Shown piece by piece: positions 28,311 to 40,433 of a stretch of DNA of 64,000 nt; position 1 is the first letter of the stretch, and each line of letters begins with the position of its first letter. Source of the stretch: Octopus vulgaris (lineage: Eukaryota); contig OX597819.1 in the NCBI GenBank assembly GCA_951406725.2, forward strand, positions 11,408,001-11,472,000, given 5' to 3'. Under the pieces are notes generated by a model. The model worked only from the letters and a program-made list of their open reading frames with translations, did no database searches and was not told the DNA's origin. Made by a program: the position numbers and the translations under genes.

Positions 28311-29988
28311 ACTTAGGTTAGTCTGGAGGTTTCGATGTAATCTTTGGTTTGTATGAAGCCATCTTGATCGTAACTCTGAGTTTTCTGTTACCGAATTTGA
28401 AAGCGTTGAAGAAGTGAAACAGTAAGGAATATATATGCAAAAAATATACACAAACTCATCGAAATATGCTTAAAGCTACATTTGTTTGATTTCTGGAGAG
28501 CAGCTAGAAAATATATCACACAACCATCTGTTTAATACACAGAACGTGTGTTTTTTTATCATGTCGTAAATGTCATATGTATAAAACACACGGAAACAAG
28601 GAAGATGACTGCTCGTAATGAAGTTTTTGTATTGATGTATACAACTGAAAGTGTATTTCTATAAATGATTTCATTTCAGAGTACGGGAAAAACCATTATG
28701 AGTGAAATAAAGTGCTTACGAGTTTGGTAAAAAATTCATCATTTCGAGTCTTTATTCCAAATTGCGAAATGTAATGCTATCCTTCTCTGAGAGAGTCTAA
28801 GTTTGGTAATATTAATTAATTAAACGGCTAATTAATTAATTAGTTAATTAATAGAAACTCAAACAGTGGTGCATAGGTAGAAATTTATAGCAAACTTATG
28901 AATGTTTGGTAAGTATATATTTTAGCTTCACTATGATGAAAAACAGAGTGAGGCTAAAATTTGATTATTTTGTGTATGTCCAGAAAAAGAGATAAATTTA
29001 ATTAGTTTCAGCATTAATTAACACGTCAACAGTGGTCAGTTACTGATTGCTGTCCACAGAAGGGATAATGGATTATAGCTATTTATAATGCATGCATACT
29101 TGGACAGTGCTGAATTAATCTCTCCAATTAATAAATTGGTAGCCTAATTAATTAATTAACGTTGCCAAGTTTGCACTTGTATAACATATAAATTCAAACA
29201 AACTATTCCGCTGAAAATATGATTCTATTCTATTTATAAGTACAGGATGGGAAATATACTTCGCTTGCTTGTAGATTATTTTGGCTGCCATTAACCTGAT
29301 CGACAAGAACATTAGTGTAACATATGTCTTCAATTTTCGACGTCAACAATATATGGAAAACATTGAGGTAAATACAGAAACACAAATCATATTTTCATGC
29401 ATGTGGGCTTGTATGAATTATGCACTCAAACTACGAGTTTGTATCCGGTGACCGTTCATGAAAGTGAATCTGTATGACGTATGCAGCCATACAGGTGAAT
29501 CTATAATCGCTTTTTGCAAATGATATATATATGGCGTGCGCGCCTACATATGTTACCTTACGGGCCCGCTACCACGTGCCTGTTATGAAAGCTATACTGG
29601 ATGTTAAGCGATTATAGTTTGTCTTAAAAATGTCGGCGTCACGTTTGAAATGTTCACGATGATGGTTTGCTAAGTAATTTCTGGTGAATGTCGAAATCCG
29701 ACTTCTCAGTAAAAAGTTAGTATCATGGTTGTTGCTAAAAGCCCGTTTGTCGCCGCTGTGGGCGCTGTGGCGCTGGTCTTCGTTACAGCTACTTTCGATA
29801 TTACTGTTATTGGCGACTTTGCCTTTCATCCTTTCAGGGTCGATAAATTAAGTACCAGTTACGTACTGGGGTCGATGTAATCGACTTAATCCGTTTGTCT
29901 GTCCTTGTTTCCCCTCTGTTTAGCCCCTTGTGGGTAATAAAGAAACAAATACTCTCTTTCTCTCTCCTTCTTTCTCTCTCTCTCTCCT

Positions 29989-30027
<39 letters not shown>

Positions 30028-30945
30028 ATCTCACTCTCTAACGACTCGAAATGCCTGTTGAAATAACCTGGCACTAAAGCTGGTTTTAGAAATGGTTGAT
30101 TTACGGCTGATACTGCTTCTGTTATTGCCATCAGATGCCACAGCTCTCAATGGAAAAGTGACAGGGATTATTTCACGACTAATAATCAAATCGAAGGGAG
30201 AGCTCAATTTTTTGATATGCTGATGAGTTTCAATAGAGTGCTGTTTTCTTGAATATTTCCTAGTTATACAAAAGGCTGGATATCTTCTTGCTTAATGCTA
30301 TAAAAACTATAGCTGAGCTGCAAAATCTTGTGTCTTTGTAAGTTAGTTTCTCGCTAGATTTTCTATAAGGTTTGTGGATTTTAGTGACAATTTTAGAGTG
30401 ACATGTAAAACAAAATTTACACTTGTGAAGTTGGTCACGATGGCTATTGTAAGTCTTAAAGTGTTAAACGGCTGTACAATGTTTCCTAAGCTTGCTTACT
30501 ATGTGATCGTTTCCGTCTTTAGACGTAGGTAGCCCGTCATCTCTGTATAATCCGAAATTTCTGGATGCGCAGCAGGAAAGCGCCCTCTTCTCCAAAGTAT
30601 ATACATGTCTAAGAGATATATAAGTGATCTGAGATGTTTAGCAAATGTAAACATACCAAGAACCATTTGCTACGATACCTGTGCCTGCTACCAATAACAT
30701 GCCGTGTTAATATTACACTAACAGTAAGTTATGATCTGAGTGAGATTTGGCTGCTATTTCTCGTACGTCGAGCGACGACGTAGCGTATTCCTTCGTTTAC
30801 TTGATACTGGTATTTGTGTAATCGATCACAGAGGAAGCAAAAAATAAGTAAACTTCGATGGAATTTGAACTCAGAACACAGAAGACGAACACTAAATACT
30901 ACTAGAAATTACTAGACACCACTACCTCAGTTAATAAAGGCGGTG

Positions 30946-31326
30946 TGGAGGCGCAATGGCCCAGTGGTTAGGGCAGCGGACTCGCGGTCGTAGGATCGCG
31001 GTTTCGATTCCCAGACCGGGCGTTGTGAGTGTTTATTGAGCGAAAACACCTAAAGCTCCACGACGCTCCGGCAGGGGATGGTGGTGATCCCTGTTGTACT
31101 CTTTCACCACAACTTTCTCTCACTCTTACTTCCTGTTTCTGTTGTACCTGTATTTCAAAGGGCCGGCCTTGTCACTCTCTGTGTCACGCTGAATATCCCC
31201 GAGAACTACGTTAAGGGTACACGTGTCTGTGGAGTGCTCAGCCACTTACACGTTAATTTCACGAGCAGGCTGTTCCGTTGATTCGGATCAACCGGAACCC
31301 TCGTCGTCGTAACCGACGGAGTGCTT
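30946..31326 (+). mobile_element. SINE B with tail B1, full length
   Basis: A box TGGCCCAGTGG, B box GGTTTCGATTCCC, tail ...CGTCGTCGTAACCGACGGAGTGCTT. Confidence 0.92.
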
Positions 31327-31998
31327 ACATATATATATATAATAAAGGCGATATGGTATCCCTTGATACGCTAGAAATAATAGCCAAATTCCTTCAGATC
31401 ACATCTTCATCGTCTTTAAAATGGCGAAACACATTAGCCAGTGTGTTCAAAGATAAATAATACAGGCATGTTAGTCAAAAGTGGAACGGTATTCATTGTA
31501 GTATTATCTGTCAGATCTGACCTGATGTTAAACAACAACAGTATTAACAAGTCAGACATTATTTAATTTAGTTATTTGCTAAGCGGAGCTGGCCTCCAAT
31601 TTTTGACAAGGCTCGGATGAAGGATCATAAGTGCTGTGGTAGAACGCAAAAAATCAACGATTCTCATAATTCTTCCGAATTTATCTTCATCTAAATGTCT
31701 GACATTACTGGTTACACTGGCGGCATCTCAATTTAAAAAATTCCCGTTGCTTTAATATAGAATGTATCTGTCTGTGTGATAATGGAGATAATTATATCGA
31801 GGCTGACAAAATGCATGGTTGACTGATTGCTCTAATTAGTTGAGCTCTGACTAAACTATGTCACACACATATCATTATTATTATTACACAAGTGTTTGGG
31901 CTGCCAAGTGAACTTTGAAATAGGATTCGTCAAAACTATTACATCACTGTATAAATGACAAATGGAGATTGACTACGTGGAGAAAGGGAATCTTATAT

Positions 31999-32082
<84 letters not shown>

Positions 32083-32281
32083 TGACCTGCTCGCTTAGCC
32101 AGCGGGGTGGCGTCATTCGGAGGCTAAAACAATGCGAACGCATTGTGACCAGCGATGTGTAACAACATCTGATGGTCTGGTCGGTCATGTGATCACGTGA
32201 TATATATATATATATATAATTATACATGTATATATATATATATGTACATACAGCTATATGCATATATATATATAAATATAC

Positions 32282-32323
<42 letters not shown>

Positions 32324-32386
32324 ACATACATGCATATATACATAGATATATATACATATATATATATAGATATGTACATATACCTA

Positions 32387-32470
<84 letters not shown>

Positions 32471-32835
32471 TCTCTCTCTATATAAACGGCAGTTTGTCTG
32501 TGCGTGTTTCTGTGTGTCTGTTTGCTTGTACCCTCACCCTGACCACGGCTTTCAACCGATTCTGATGAAACTTGACACACACATAGCCCAATGTCATAAT
32601 TCAAAACTAACGCAGCGAAAATTTTGAAAAGTTCCCCCAGTTCTGAAAAAAATCGATAAATTCGACATGGGGTCGAGAATCAGAAACACAAACCGTCTAG
32701 GGGACGCAACTCCACTTTTTTTTACTCTCAAAAAAATTTACCATCATTTTTTTCCATTTTTTGGTTATAACTCTCTAAAAATGCTTTATAGTTATTTCCC
32801 TTACAAACCTGAGCAACACCGGGCGATACTGCTAG
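32471..32835 (+). mobile_element. Non-autonomous Helitron, 365 bp
   Basis: A|TCTCTCTCTATATAAA start, CCTGAGCAACACCGGG hairpin, CTAG|T end, inside (TA)n. Confidence 0.88.
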
Positions 32836-33000
32836 TATATATATATATACATATATGTATAAGGAAATGGATGCGTGGCGTTCAATCATATAATAATATA
32901 AATTATATACATGCATACATATACATACATATATGTACATACATACATATATATGTATAAATATATAAATATAAATAAATAAATGGATATATATATATAT

Positions 33001-33305
33001 CACGTGATCACGTGACCGACCAGGCTATCAGATGTTGCTACACATCGCTGGTCACAATGCGCTTCGCACTGTTTTAGCCTTCAAATGACGCCACCCCGCT
33101 GGCTAAGTAAGCAGGCCAACAGAAAAAAGAGTGAGAGAAAGTTGGAGCGAAAGAGTACAACAGGGGTCGCCAGCATCCCCTGCTGGAGCCTTGTGGAGCT
33201 TTAGGTATTTTCACTCAATAAACACACGCAACGCCCGGTCTGGGAATCGAAACCGCCATCCTCCGACCGCGAGTCCTCTGCCCTAACCACTGGGCCATTG
33301 CGCCT

Positions 33306-33308
<3 letters not shown>
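33001..33308 (-). mobile_element. SINE B with tail B2 (an inverted partial B2 copy lies at 32083-32200)
   Basis: Reverse-complement match to 15469-15760. Confidence 0.9.
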
Positions 33309-33345
<37 letters not shown>

Positions 33346-33602
33346 GCATAAATGGATACAGGACGTCACAAAACGTCAACTACATGAAATACGAATACGA
33401 AAACAATTCGTCACGGCTCAATATCCCTTAATGTTTGTCTACGTCGATTGTTAACTCTTTACTTCCACTCCATCGTTGTTTGTTCGTTCGAAGCTCTAAC
33501 TCTCCATGAATTTTATATTTTAAAAATCTCTGGATGCTGCTGTCTTATGAGGTTTCCCTATCTTGTTGTTAAAAGCACGAAATAGGAGTAATGAACAGTC
33601 CG

Positions 33603-34229
33603 ACAACTGATGGGGAGTTGACAAGAGGCAATAACTTCGAAACCGGTCCGTATGTAGTATCCGTATCTTCGGGGAGGCTGATCTCCCTTTGCAGGCTGGC
33701 AAGGACACCGAGATGGTGTCAGCTCTTCTGGTGACGTTGATGTTCGCCTGGGGCTAAATGCATCAGTAACACCCCCACCACCCCGCCCTGACCCTAGCCA
33801 CATTCAGATGGCTGATCCCCCTTATGTTATAGAGCAGTTACTGTTTATATCTCGCTCAGAGATTTATTATTGTTTTCGAACGGATTTTCTACGCCAGTGA
33901 CTGTGGTTACTGTGAAAATCTATATATCCAGCCTGTAGAGGAAGTCCCTCAACGAAGAGCGGTGCTTACCATACGTTGACAATAGGCAATAACCTCGAAA
34001 CCGGTCCGTATGTAGTATCCGTATCTTCGGGGAGGCTGATCTCCCTTTGCAGGCTGGCAAGGACACCGAGATGGTGTCAGCTCTTCTGGTGACGTTGATG
34101 TTCGCCTGGGGCTAAATGCATCAGTAACACCCCCACCACCCCGCCCTGACCCTAGCCACATTCAGATGGCTGATCCTCCTTATGTTATAGAGCAGTTACT
34201 GTTTATATCTCGCTCAGAGATTTATTATT
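33603..34229 (+). repeat. ~255-bp direct repeat (offset 358 bp) beginning with a hammerhead-like motif; PLE pseudo-LTR-like
   Basis: 33617-33871 matches 33975-34229; CTGATGG GGAGTT..AACTTC GAAACCGGTC at 33607-33648. Confidence 0.75.
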
Positions 34230-34825
34230 ATGTATATATATATGTATATATAACCTTTAACCTTTAAAGGTATTTTTAATATGCTGGCCATGGATAACAT
34301 TTTTTTGGGAAAAGAATTTTTTCGAAAAAAATTTTATCCTACATTAGATATATGTATATATATATACACACACATATATATACACACATGCACATACTCA
34401 CTCACACACATACGTACACACTCACACACACACGCTCACACGCATACACACACACACACACACACCTATGTTACGCTGAATCTCCAAGGGTACTATGTTA
34501 AGAATCCCCCCGTGTCTTTATAGTGCGCGACCACTTGCACGTCAATTTCACGGGGAGGCTGTTCCGTTGATCAGCTCAATTGGGACACTCGTCGTCATAA
34601 CCGACCCAGTACCAGTTAATATTCTTTTATTCTTTTACTTGTCTCAGTCATTTGACTGCGGCCATGCTGGAGCACCGCCTGTAGTCGAACAAACCGACCC
34701 CAAGACTTATTCTTTGTAAACCTAGTACTTATTTTATCGATTTCTTTTGCCGAACCGCTAGATTCTGTTATTGAATGTTGATATGTTCGCGTTTTTTTTT
34801 TCTTGAGATGTCTACTATATCAGGG

Positions 34826-35180
34826 TGGAAGCGCAATGGCCCAGTGGTTAGGGCAGCGGACTCGCGGTCATAGGATCGCGGTTTCGATTCCGAGACCGGG
34901 CGTTGTGAGTGTTTATTGAGCGAAAACACCTAAAAAGCTCTACGAGGCTCCGGCGGGGGATGGTGGTGATCCCTGCTGTACTCTTTCACCACAACTTTCT
35001 TTCACTCTTACTTCCTGTTTCTGTTGTACCTGTATTTCAAAGGGCCGGCCTTGTCACTCTCTGTGTCACGCTGAATATCCCCGAGAACTACGTTAAGGGT
35101 ACACGTGTCTGTGGAGTGCTCAGCCACTTACACGTTAATTTCACGAGCAGGCTGTTCCGTTGATTCGGAGTGCTTCCACA
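34826..35180 (+). mobile_element. SINE B with tail B1
   Basis: Match to 30946-31326. Confidence 0.92.
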
Positions 35181-35390
35181 CTATATCAGGATTTTAACCC
35201 ACATAGATCTACGCAGGATTGCACCTAAGGATTCATGCTCTGGTTTCTATAACTTTGGAAAGTTGAACTACGAACTTTTGTGCTTCCCTTTTTTTCTTCC
35301 TTTCCATCTCCTTATTCTTTTACTCCCTTCCCCTATGCCGTCATCTCATTAACATATACCATTCCCATTTTGCCTATATTTTCCCTATTT

Positions 35391-35446
35391 GTCTCTGATG
35401 ACGGAATATCCCATACTCGGAGATATCCCAGAAAGAGCTGTAAGAT
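35391..35446 (+). ncRNA. Type I hammerhead motif with one stem III mutation
   Basis: GTCT CTGATGA c GGAATATC..GATATCCC a GAAAG AGCT GTA AGAT. Confidence 0.65.
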
Positions 35447-35575
35447 TTTGAATTCCTTCCTATAATAATATAATAATATTGTATACGACTTGAGATGTTT
35501 GCCTTGCCTTAATGTTTGCTGTCCTGTTTAACATATTATACATATATATATATATTTGTATGTATGTATGGATGC

Positions 35576-35623
<48 letters not shown>

Positions 35624-36146
35624 ATGTATGTATGTATGCATATATATATATATATATATACACATATATACATATATGTATATATATATATATACACCCC
35701 TACTCCACCTTCCCTATCCTTCCCATCCCCCATCCCATCCCCCATCCCATCCCCCATCCCATCCCCCATCCCATCCCCCCATTCCATCCCCCATCCTATC
35801 CCACACCCCTCGCCCACATACCCCACAACATCACACCACACCACACTACACCATACAACATTACACATCACATCACAACACACCACCCACACACCTATCC
35901 CCCATCTTCACACCTACACATACACGCACATGTCCAGACCACCAGCCCTCTTTCACACGCACATACATACTCTCTTATACACACACGCACCTTTGTGTTG
36001 GGGGTACCTTTGTGTTGGGGGTCATCTTTACCTTGTTATCTCCCCTACTTTCCTCCTTGTATTTGACCCTTCTGTCCGGCACTAGTCGCCATGATAGATC
36101 GTTAGCCACAACACACATTTTTTCTCTCCTTGTTTTTTCTGTGTCC

Positions 36147-36411
36147 CTTTCTGTAGAAGAGCGTAGGCTCGAAACGTAAAAGACTTTTTCTATTCCTGAG
36201 CGTTATACTAATACATCTATTTGGTTTGTATACCATCTGTCTTCGTCTTTTGTTTTTTTCGTAAACTCTCCCTGTATATATATATATTTCAAATTTACAG
36301 AAAACGTAAGTTGAAGATAGGTGAAAGAACAGCAAGCAGGTATATTTGCCTAAAGCTCGGGATGAATGCAAAAGTCTTTGACATTTCGAGCCTATGCCCT
36401 TCGACAGAAAG
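36147..36411. ncRNA. Tail-to-tail pair of minimal hammerhead-like motifs with CUGUnGA core (36147-36182 +, 36376-36411 -)
   Basis: CTTT CTGTAGA a GAGC gtag GCTC GAAAC GTA AAAG and CTTT CTGTCGA a GGGC atag GCTC GAAAT GTC AAAG. Confidence 0.6.
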
Positions 36412-37063
36412 GATTGAGAGGAAGATTGAACGGAAAAAAGAGGGAGCGAGGGAAAAATGGGTAGGATTCAACGGTTCAACATCATGAAATGGCGAGAAGA
36501 AAGAAGCTGAGTGAAAGAGAGATAATAATGGCCACCCGGTCGAACTAGGGTGAGTAAACACAGGTTTGTATGTGAGAACCGTGTGTGTGTGTATGTGTGA
36601 ATGGAGATAAGTGGGTGCTTATGTATGTGTGGGCGAGCTTAAAATAATGTGGGCCTGTGTGTATGTGCATAAATAACCTAGTGTGTATATTTTGTGGAGT
36701 GATGTGCGTTTCATGTGCTGGGGGACATGTGTGTGTGTGCGTATGGACGTGTGTACTTACATGCGTGTGCGAGGTTATCATATGTGCGTATACATACATA
36801 TATATATTATATATCATATATTATACATATTTACATATACATGTATGTATATCTATCCATTTACCCCCTCTCTCTCTCTCTCTTTCTCTCTCTCTATATA
36901 CATACATTTACATATACATACAAGTATATGTATTTATATTTATATATGTTTATATATAAATATGCACCTCTATATATATATGTATACATCTATGAACATA
37001 TGAATGCATATGTACGTATATATGTAAGTATTTATATATATATATATACATATATATATATAC

Positions 37064-37158
<95 letters not shown>

Positions 37159-37349
37159 TTACATTATATAAAAGGGCTTAGTAAAATAAATTACTTTGCC
37201 GCATACTGAATTCATTAGAAATAGCAGCTAAAAAACTTTTTAAAACTATTTCTAATACTTAAAGAAAACCTCTCTCATATAGTGCTTGCTCAACTCAACT
37301 CACGAAAGTTTGGGGTAAAGACATCAAAAAATCAAATGCAAAGGTTATT

Positions 37350-37401
37350 TGAGAACGTACGTTTCAAGATTAGTCAACACGACACTTCTATCATCAGCTC
37401 A
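37350..37401 (-). ncRNA. Type I hammerhead ribozyme (inverted unit)
   Basis: Reverse complement of the 38231-38282 motif. Confidence 0.85.
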
Positions 37402-38230
37402 GAAACTCCTTGGTTTGGATTTGAAAACACTGAAAGTGAGAGCATACCCTTTCGGCTTCTCATCGCTTTCGAAGATCTGCTCGTAACTAACAGTGCTAAC
37501 AAACTCAAATATGCAAGCGAAGAATTTCTGTTCTCCTTTCCACCAGCGTGGGTTAAAATCAGCAAACACTATGCTTATTTCGGTAAAATCCGAAGCATTA
37601 ATTAGAGGGAGATTAATTATAATTTCAACAATTGAGGGTAAAATTAATTAATTATTAATCAATTTCACCAAGTGTTCAGTATGCAAAGGGACCATTTAAG
37701 GCGAATTCAAATTATTACATTATATAAAAGGGCTTAGTAAAATAAATTACTTTGCCGCATACTGAACTCATTAGAAATAGCAGCTAAAAAACTTTTTTAA
37801 AACTATTTCTAATACTTAAAGAAAACCTCTCTCATATAGTGCTTGCTCAACTCAACTCACGAAAGTTTGGGGGTAAAGACATCAAAAAATCAAATGCAAA
37901 GGTTATATAATGTAATAATTTGAATTCGCCTTAAATGGTCCCTTTGCATACTGAACACTTGGTGAAATTGATTAATAATTAATTAATTTTACCCTCAATT
38001 GTTGAAATTATAATTAATCTCCCTCTAATTAATGCTTCGGATTTTACCGAAATAAGCATAGTGTTTGCTGATTTTAACCCACGCTGGTGGAAAGGGGAGA
38101 ACAGAAATTCTTCGCTTGCATATTTGAGTTTGTTGGCACTGTTAGTTACGAGCAGATCTTCGAAAGCGATGAGAAGCCGAAAGGGTATGCTCTCACTTTC
38201 AGTGTTTTCAAATCCAAACCAAGGAGTTTC

Positions 38231-38282
38231 TGAGCTGATGATAGAAGTGTCGTGTTGACTAATCTTGAAACGTACGTTCTCA
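38231..38282 (+). ncRNA. Type I hammerhead ribozyme, predicted cleavage after 38278
   Basis: TGAG CTGATGA t AGA..GTC gtgtt GAC..TCT t GAAAC GTAC GTT CTCA: full core, stem I TGAG/CTCA, palindromic AACGTACGTT at stem III. Confidence 0.87.
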
Positions 38283-38790
38283 AATAACCTTTGCATTTGA
38301 TTTTTTGATGTCTTTACCCCCAAACTTTCGTGAGTTGAGTTGAGCAAGCACTATATGAGAGAGGTTTTCTTTAAGTATTAGAAATAGTTTTAAAAAAGTT
38401 TTTTAGCTGCTATTTCTAATGAGTTCAGTATGCGGCAAAGTAATTTATTTTACTAAGCCCTTTTATATAATGTAATAATTTGAATTCGCCTTAAATGGTC
38501 CCTTTGCATACTGAACACTTGGTGAAATTGATTAATAATTAATTAATTTTACCCTCAATTGTTGAAATTATAATTAATCTCCCTCTAATTAATGCTTCGG
38601 ATTTTACCGAAATAAGCATAGTGTTTGCTGATTTTAACCCACGCTAGTGGAAAGGGGAGAACAGAAATTCTTCGCTTGCATATTTGAGTTTGTTGGCACT
38701 GTTAGTTACGAGCAGATCTTCGAAAGCGATGAGAAGCCGAAAGGGTATGCTCTCACTTTCAGTGTTTTCAAATCCAAACCAAGGAGTTTC

Positions 38791-38842
38791 TGAGCTGATG
38801 ATAGAAGTGTCGTGTTGACTAATCTTGAAACGTACGTTCTCA
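38791..38842 (+). ncRNA. Type I hammerhead ribozyme, predicted cleavage after 38838
   Basis: Identical to 38231-38282, shifted 560 bp. Confidence 0.87.
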
Positions 38843-39350
38843 AATAACCTTTGCATTTGATTTTTTGATGTCTTTACCCCCAAACTTTCGTGAGTTGAGT
38901 TGAGCAAGCACTATATGAGAGAGGTTTTCTTTAAGTATTAGAAATAGTTTTAAAAAAGTTTTTTAGCTGCTATTTCTAATGAGTTCAGTATGCGGCAAAG
39001 TAATTTATTTTACTAAGCCCTTTTATATAATGTAATAATTTGAATTCGCCTTAAATGGTCCCTTTGCATACTGAACACTTGGTGAAATTGATTAATAATT
39101 AATTAATTTTACCCTCAATTGTTGAAATTATAATTAATCTCCCTCTAATTAATGCTTCGGATTTTACCGAAATAAGCATAGTGTTTGCTGATTTTAACCC
39201 ACGCTAGTGGAAAGGGGAGAACAGAAATTCTTCGCTTGCATATTTGAGTTTGTTGGCACTGTTAGTTACGAGCAGATCTTCGAAAGCGATGAGAAGCCGA
39301 AAGGGTATGCTCTCACTTTCAGTGTTTTCAAATCCAAACCAAGGAGTTTC

Positions 39351-39402
39351 TGAGCTGATGATAGAAGTGTCGTGTTGACTAATCTTGAAACGTACGTTCT
39401 CA
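39351..39402 (+). ncRNA. Type I hammerhead ribozyme, predicted cleavage after 39398
   Basis: Identical to 38231-38282, shifted 1120 bp. Confidence 0.87.
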
Positions 39403-39684
39403 AATAACCTTTGCATTTGATTTTTTGATGTCTTTACCCCCAAACTTTCGTGAGTTGAGTTGAGCAAGCACTATATGAGAGAGGTTTTCTTTAAGTATTA
39501 GAAATAGTTTTAAAAAAGTTTTTTAGCTGCTATTTCTAATGAGTTCAGTATGCGGCAAAGTAATTTATTTTACTAAGCCCTTTTATATAATGTAATAATT
39601 TGAATTCGCCTTAAATGGTCCCTTTGCATACTGAACACTTGGTGAAATTGATTAATAATTAATTAATTTTACCCTCAATTGTTG

Positions 39685-39737
<53 letters not shown>

Positions 39738-40059
39738 TGGCATACATACGTACATACATACATATGCTATAAAGATGATTAATGGACGACAAGTTAACAA
39801 TTTAATGTGTCTCTATCAATTTGACATTCAAAGTGAGTTTACAAGAAACAGCTTAAACGGCAAATTACAGTTTTTATATCAGTTTCTAAAGATATATCAT
39901 AGCATCTCCGCTCCACTCTTTCGCTACCCGTAACCCTCACTATCTTTGGCTCGCCCTCTTTCTCTCACTTCCTCTGTTTACTTCTGTCTCCCCCATTCGT
40001 TCTCTCTTCCCCTCTCTCTCTCTCTATCTGTATATTTATCTATCTATCTATCTATCTAT

Positions 40060-40239
40060 CTTTTTTATTATTTTTTTTTTGTTCTTTTCTTCCCTTTTAC
40101 GATCCCTCTTGATCGAAAACCTACGCCACCCCCTTTTTTTTCTTTCTTTTGTTTTTTGTTTTTTTCATCCCCCAAAAGAAAAGCTCTACCTTGTAACTTG
40201 TCCCATCTGTGTGCAGCCCTGTGTGGCCAATAAAGAAAC

Positions 40240-40240
<1 letters not shown>
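40060..40240 (+). mobile_element. 3' UTR-only fragment of the Tx1-like LINE, inside (TATC)n
   Basis: Matches the reverse complement of about 62043-62190 (TTGATCGAAAACCTAC...TGTCCC.TCTGTGTGCAGCCCTGTGTGGC.AATAAAGAAAC). Confidence 0.88.
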
Positions 40241-40301
<61 letters not shown>

Positions 40302-40304
40302 GTA

Positions 40305-40433
<129 letters not shown>

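Larger units (their letters stand above)
37154..39692. mobile_element. 560-bp hammerhead-containing tandem repeat (retrozyme-like) with 5' inverted segment, in (TA)n
   Basis: About 1.3 units inverted (37154-37906), then about 3.2 near-identical head-to-tail units with a 560-bp period; TTAT microhomology at the inversion point 37903-37906. Confidence 0.92.

Noticed and set aside
32555-32575. CTGATGAAAC as a hammerhead core
   Set aside because: There is no stem II between CUGAUGA and GAAA; it is an internal motif of the small Helitron.
37282-39467. 87-122 aa ORFs antisense to the hammerhead in the 560-bp unit
   Set aside because: Non-ATG starts, indels and stops differ between near-identical units, and the related 568-bp family has no equivalent ORF.
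37154-39692. CRISPR array or plain satellite interpretation
   Set aside because: No repeat-spacer structure and a eukaryotic context. The ribozyme, inversion and fixed end argue against a simple satellite.
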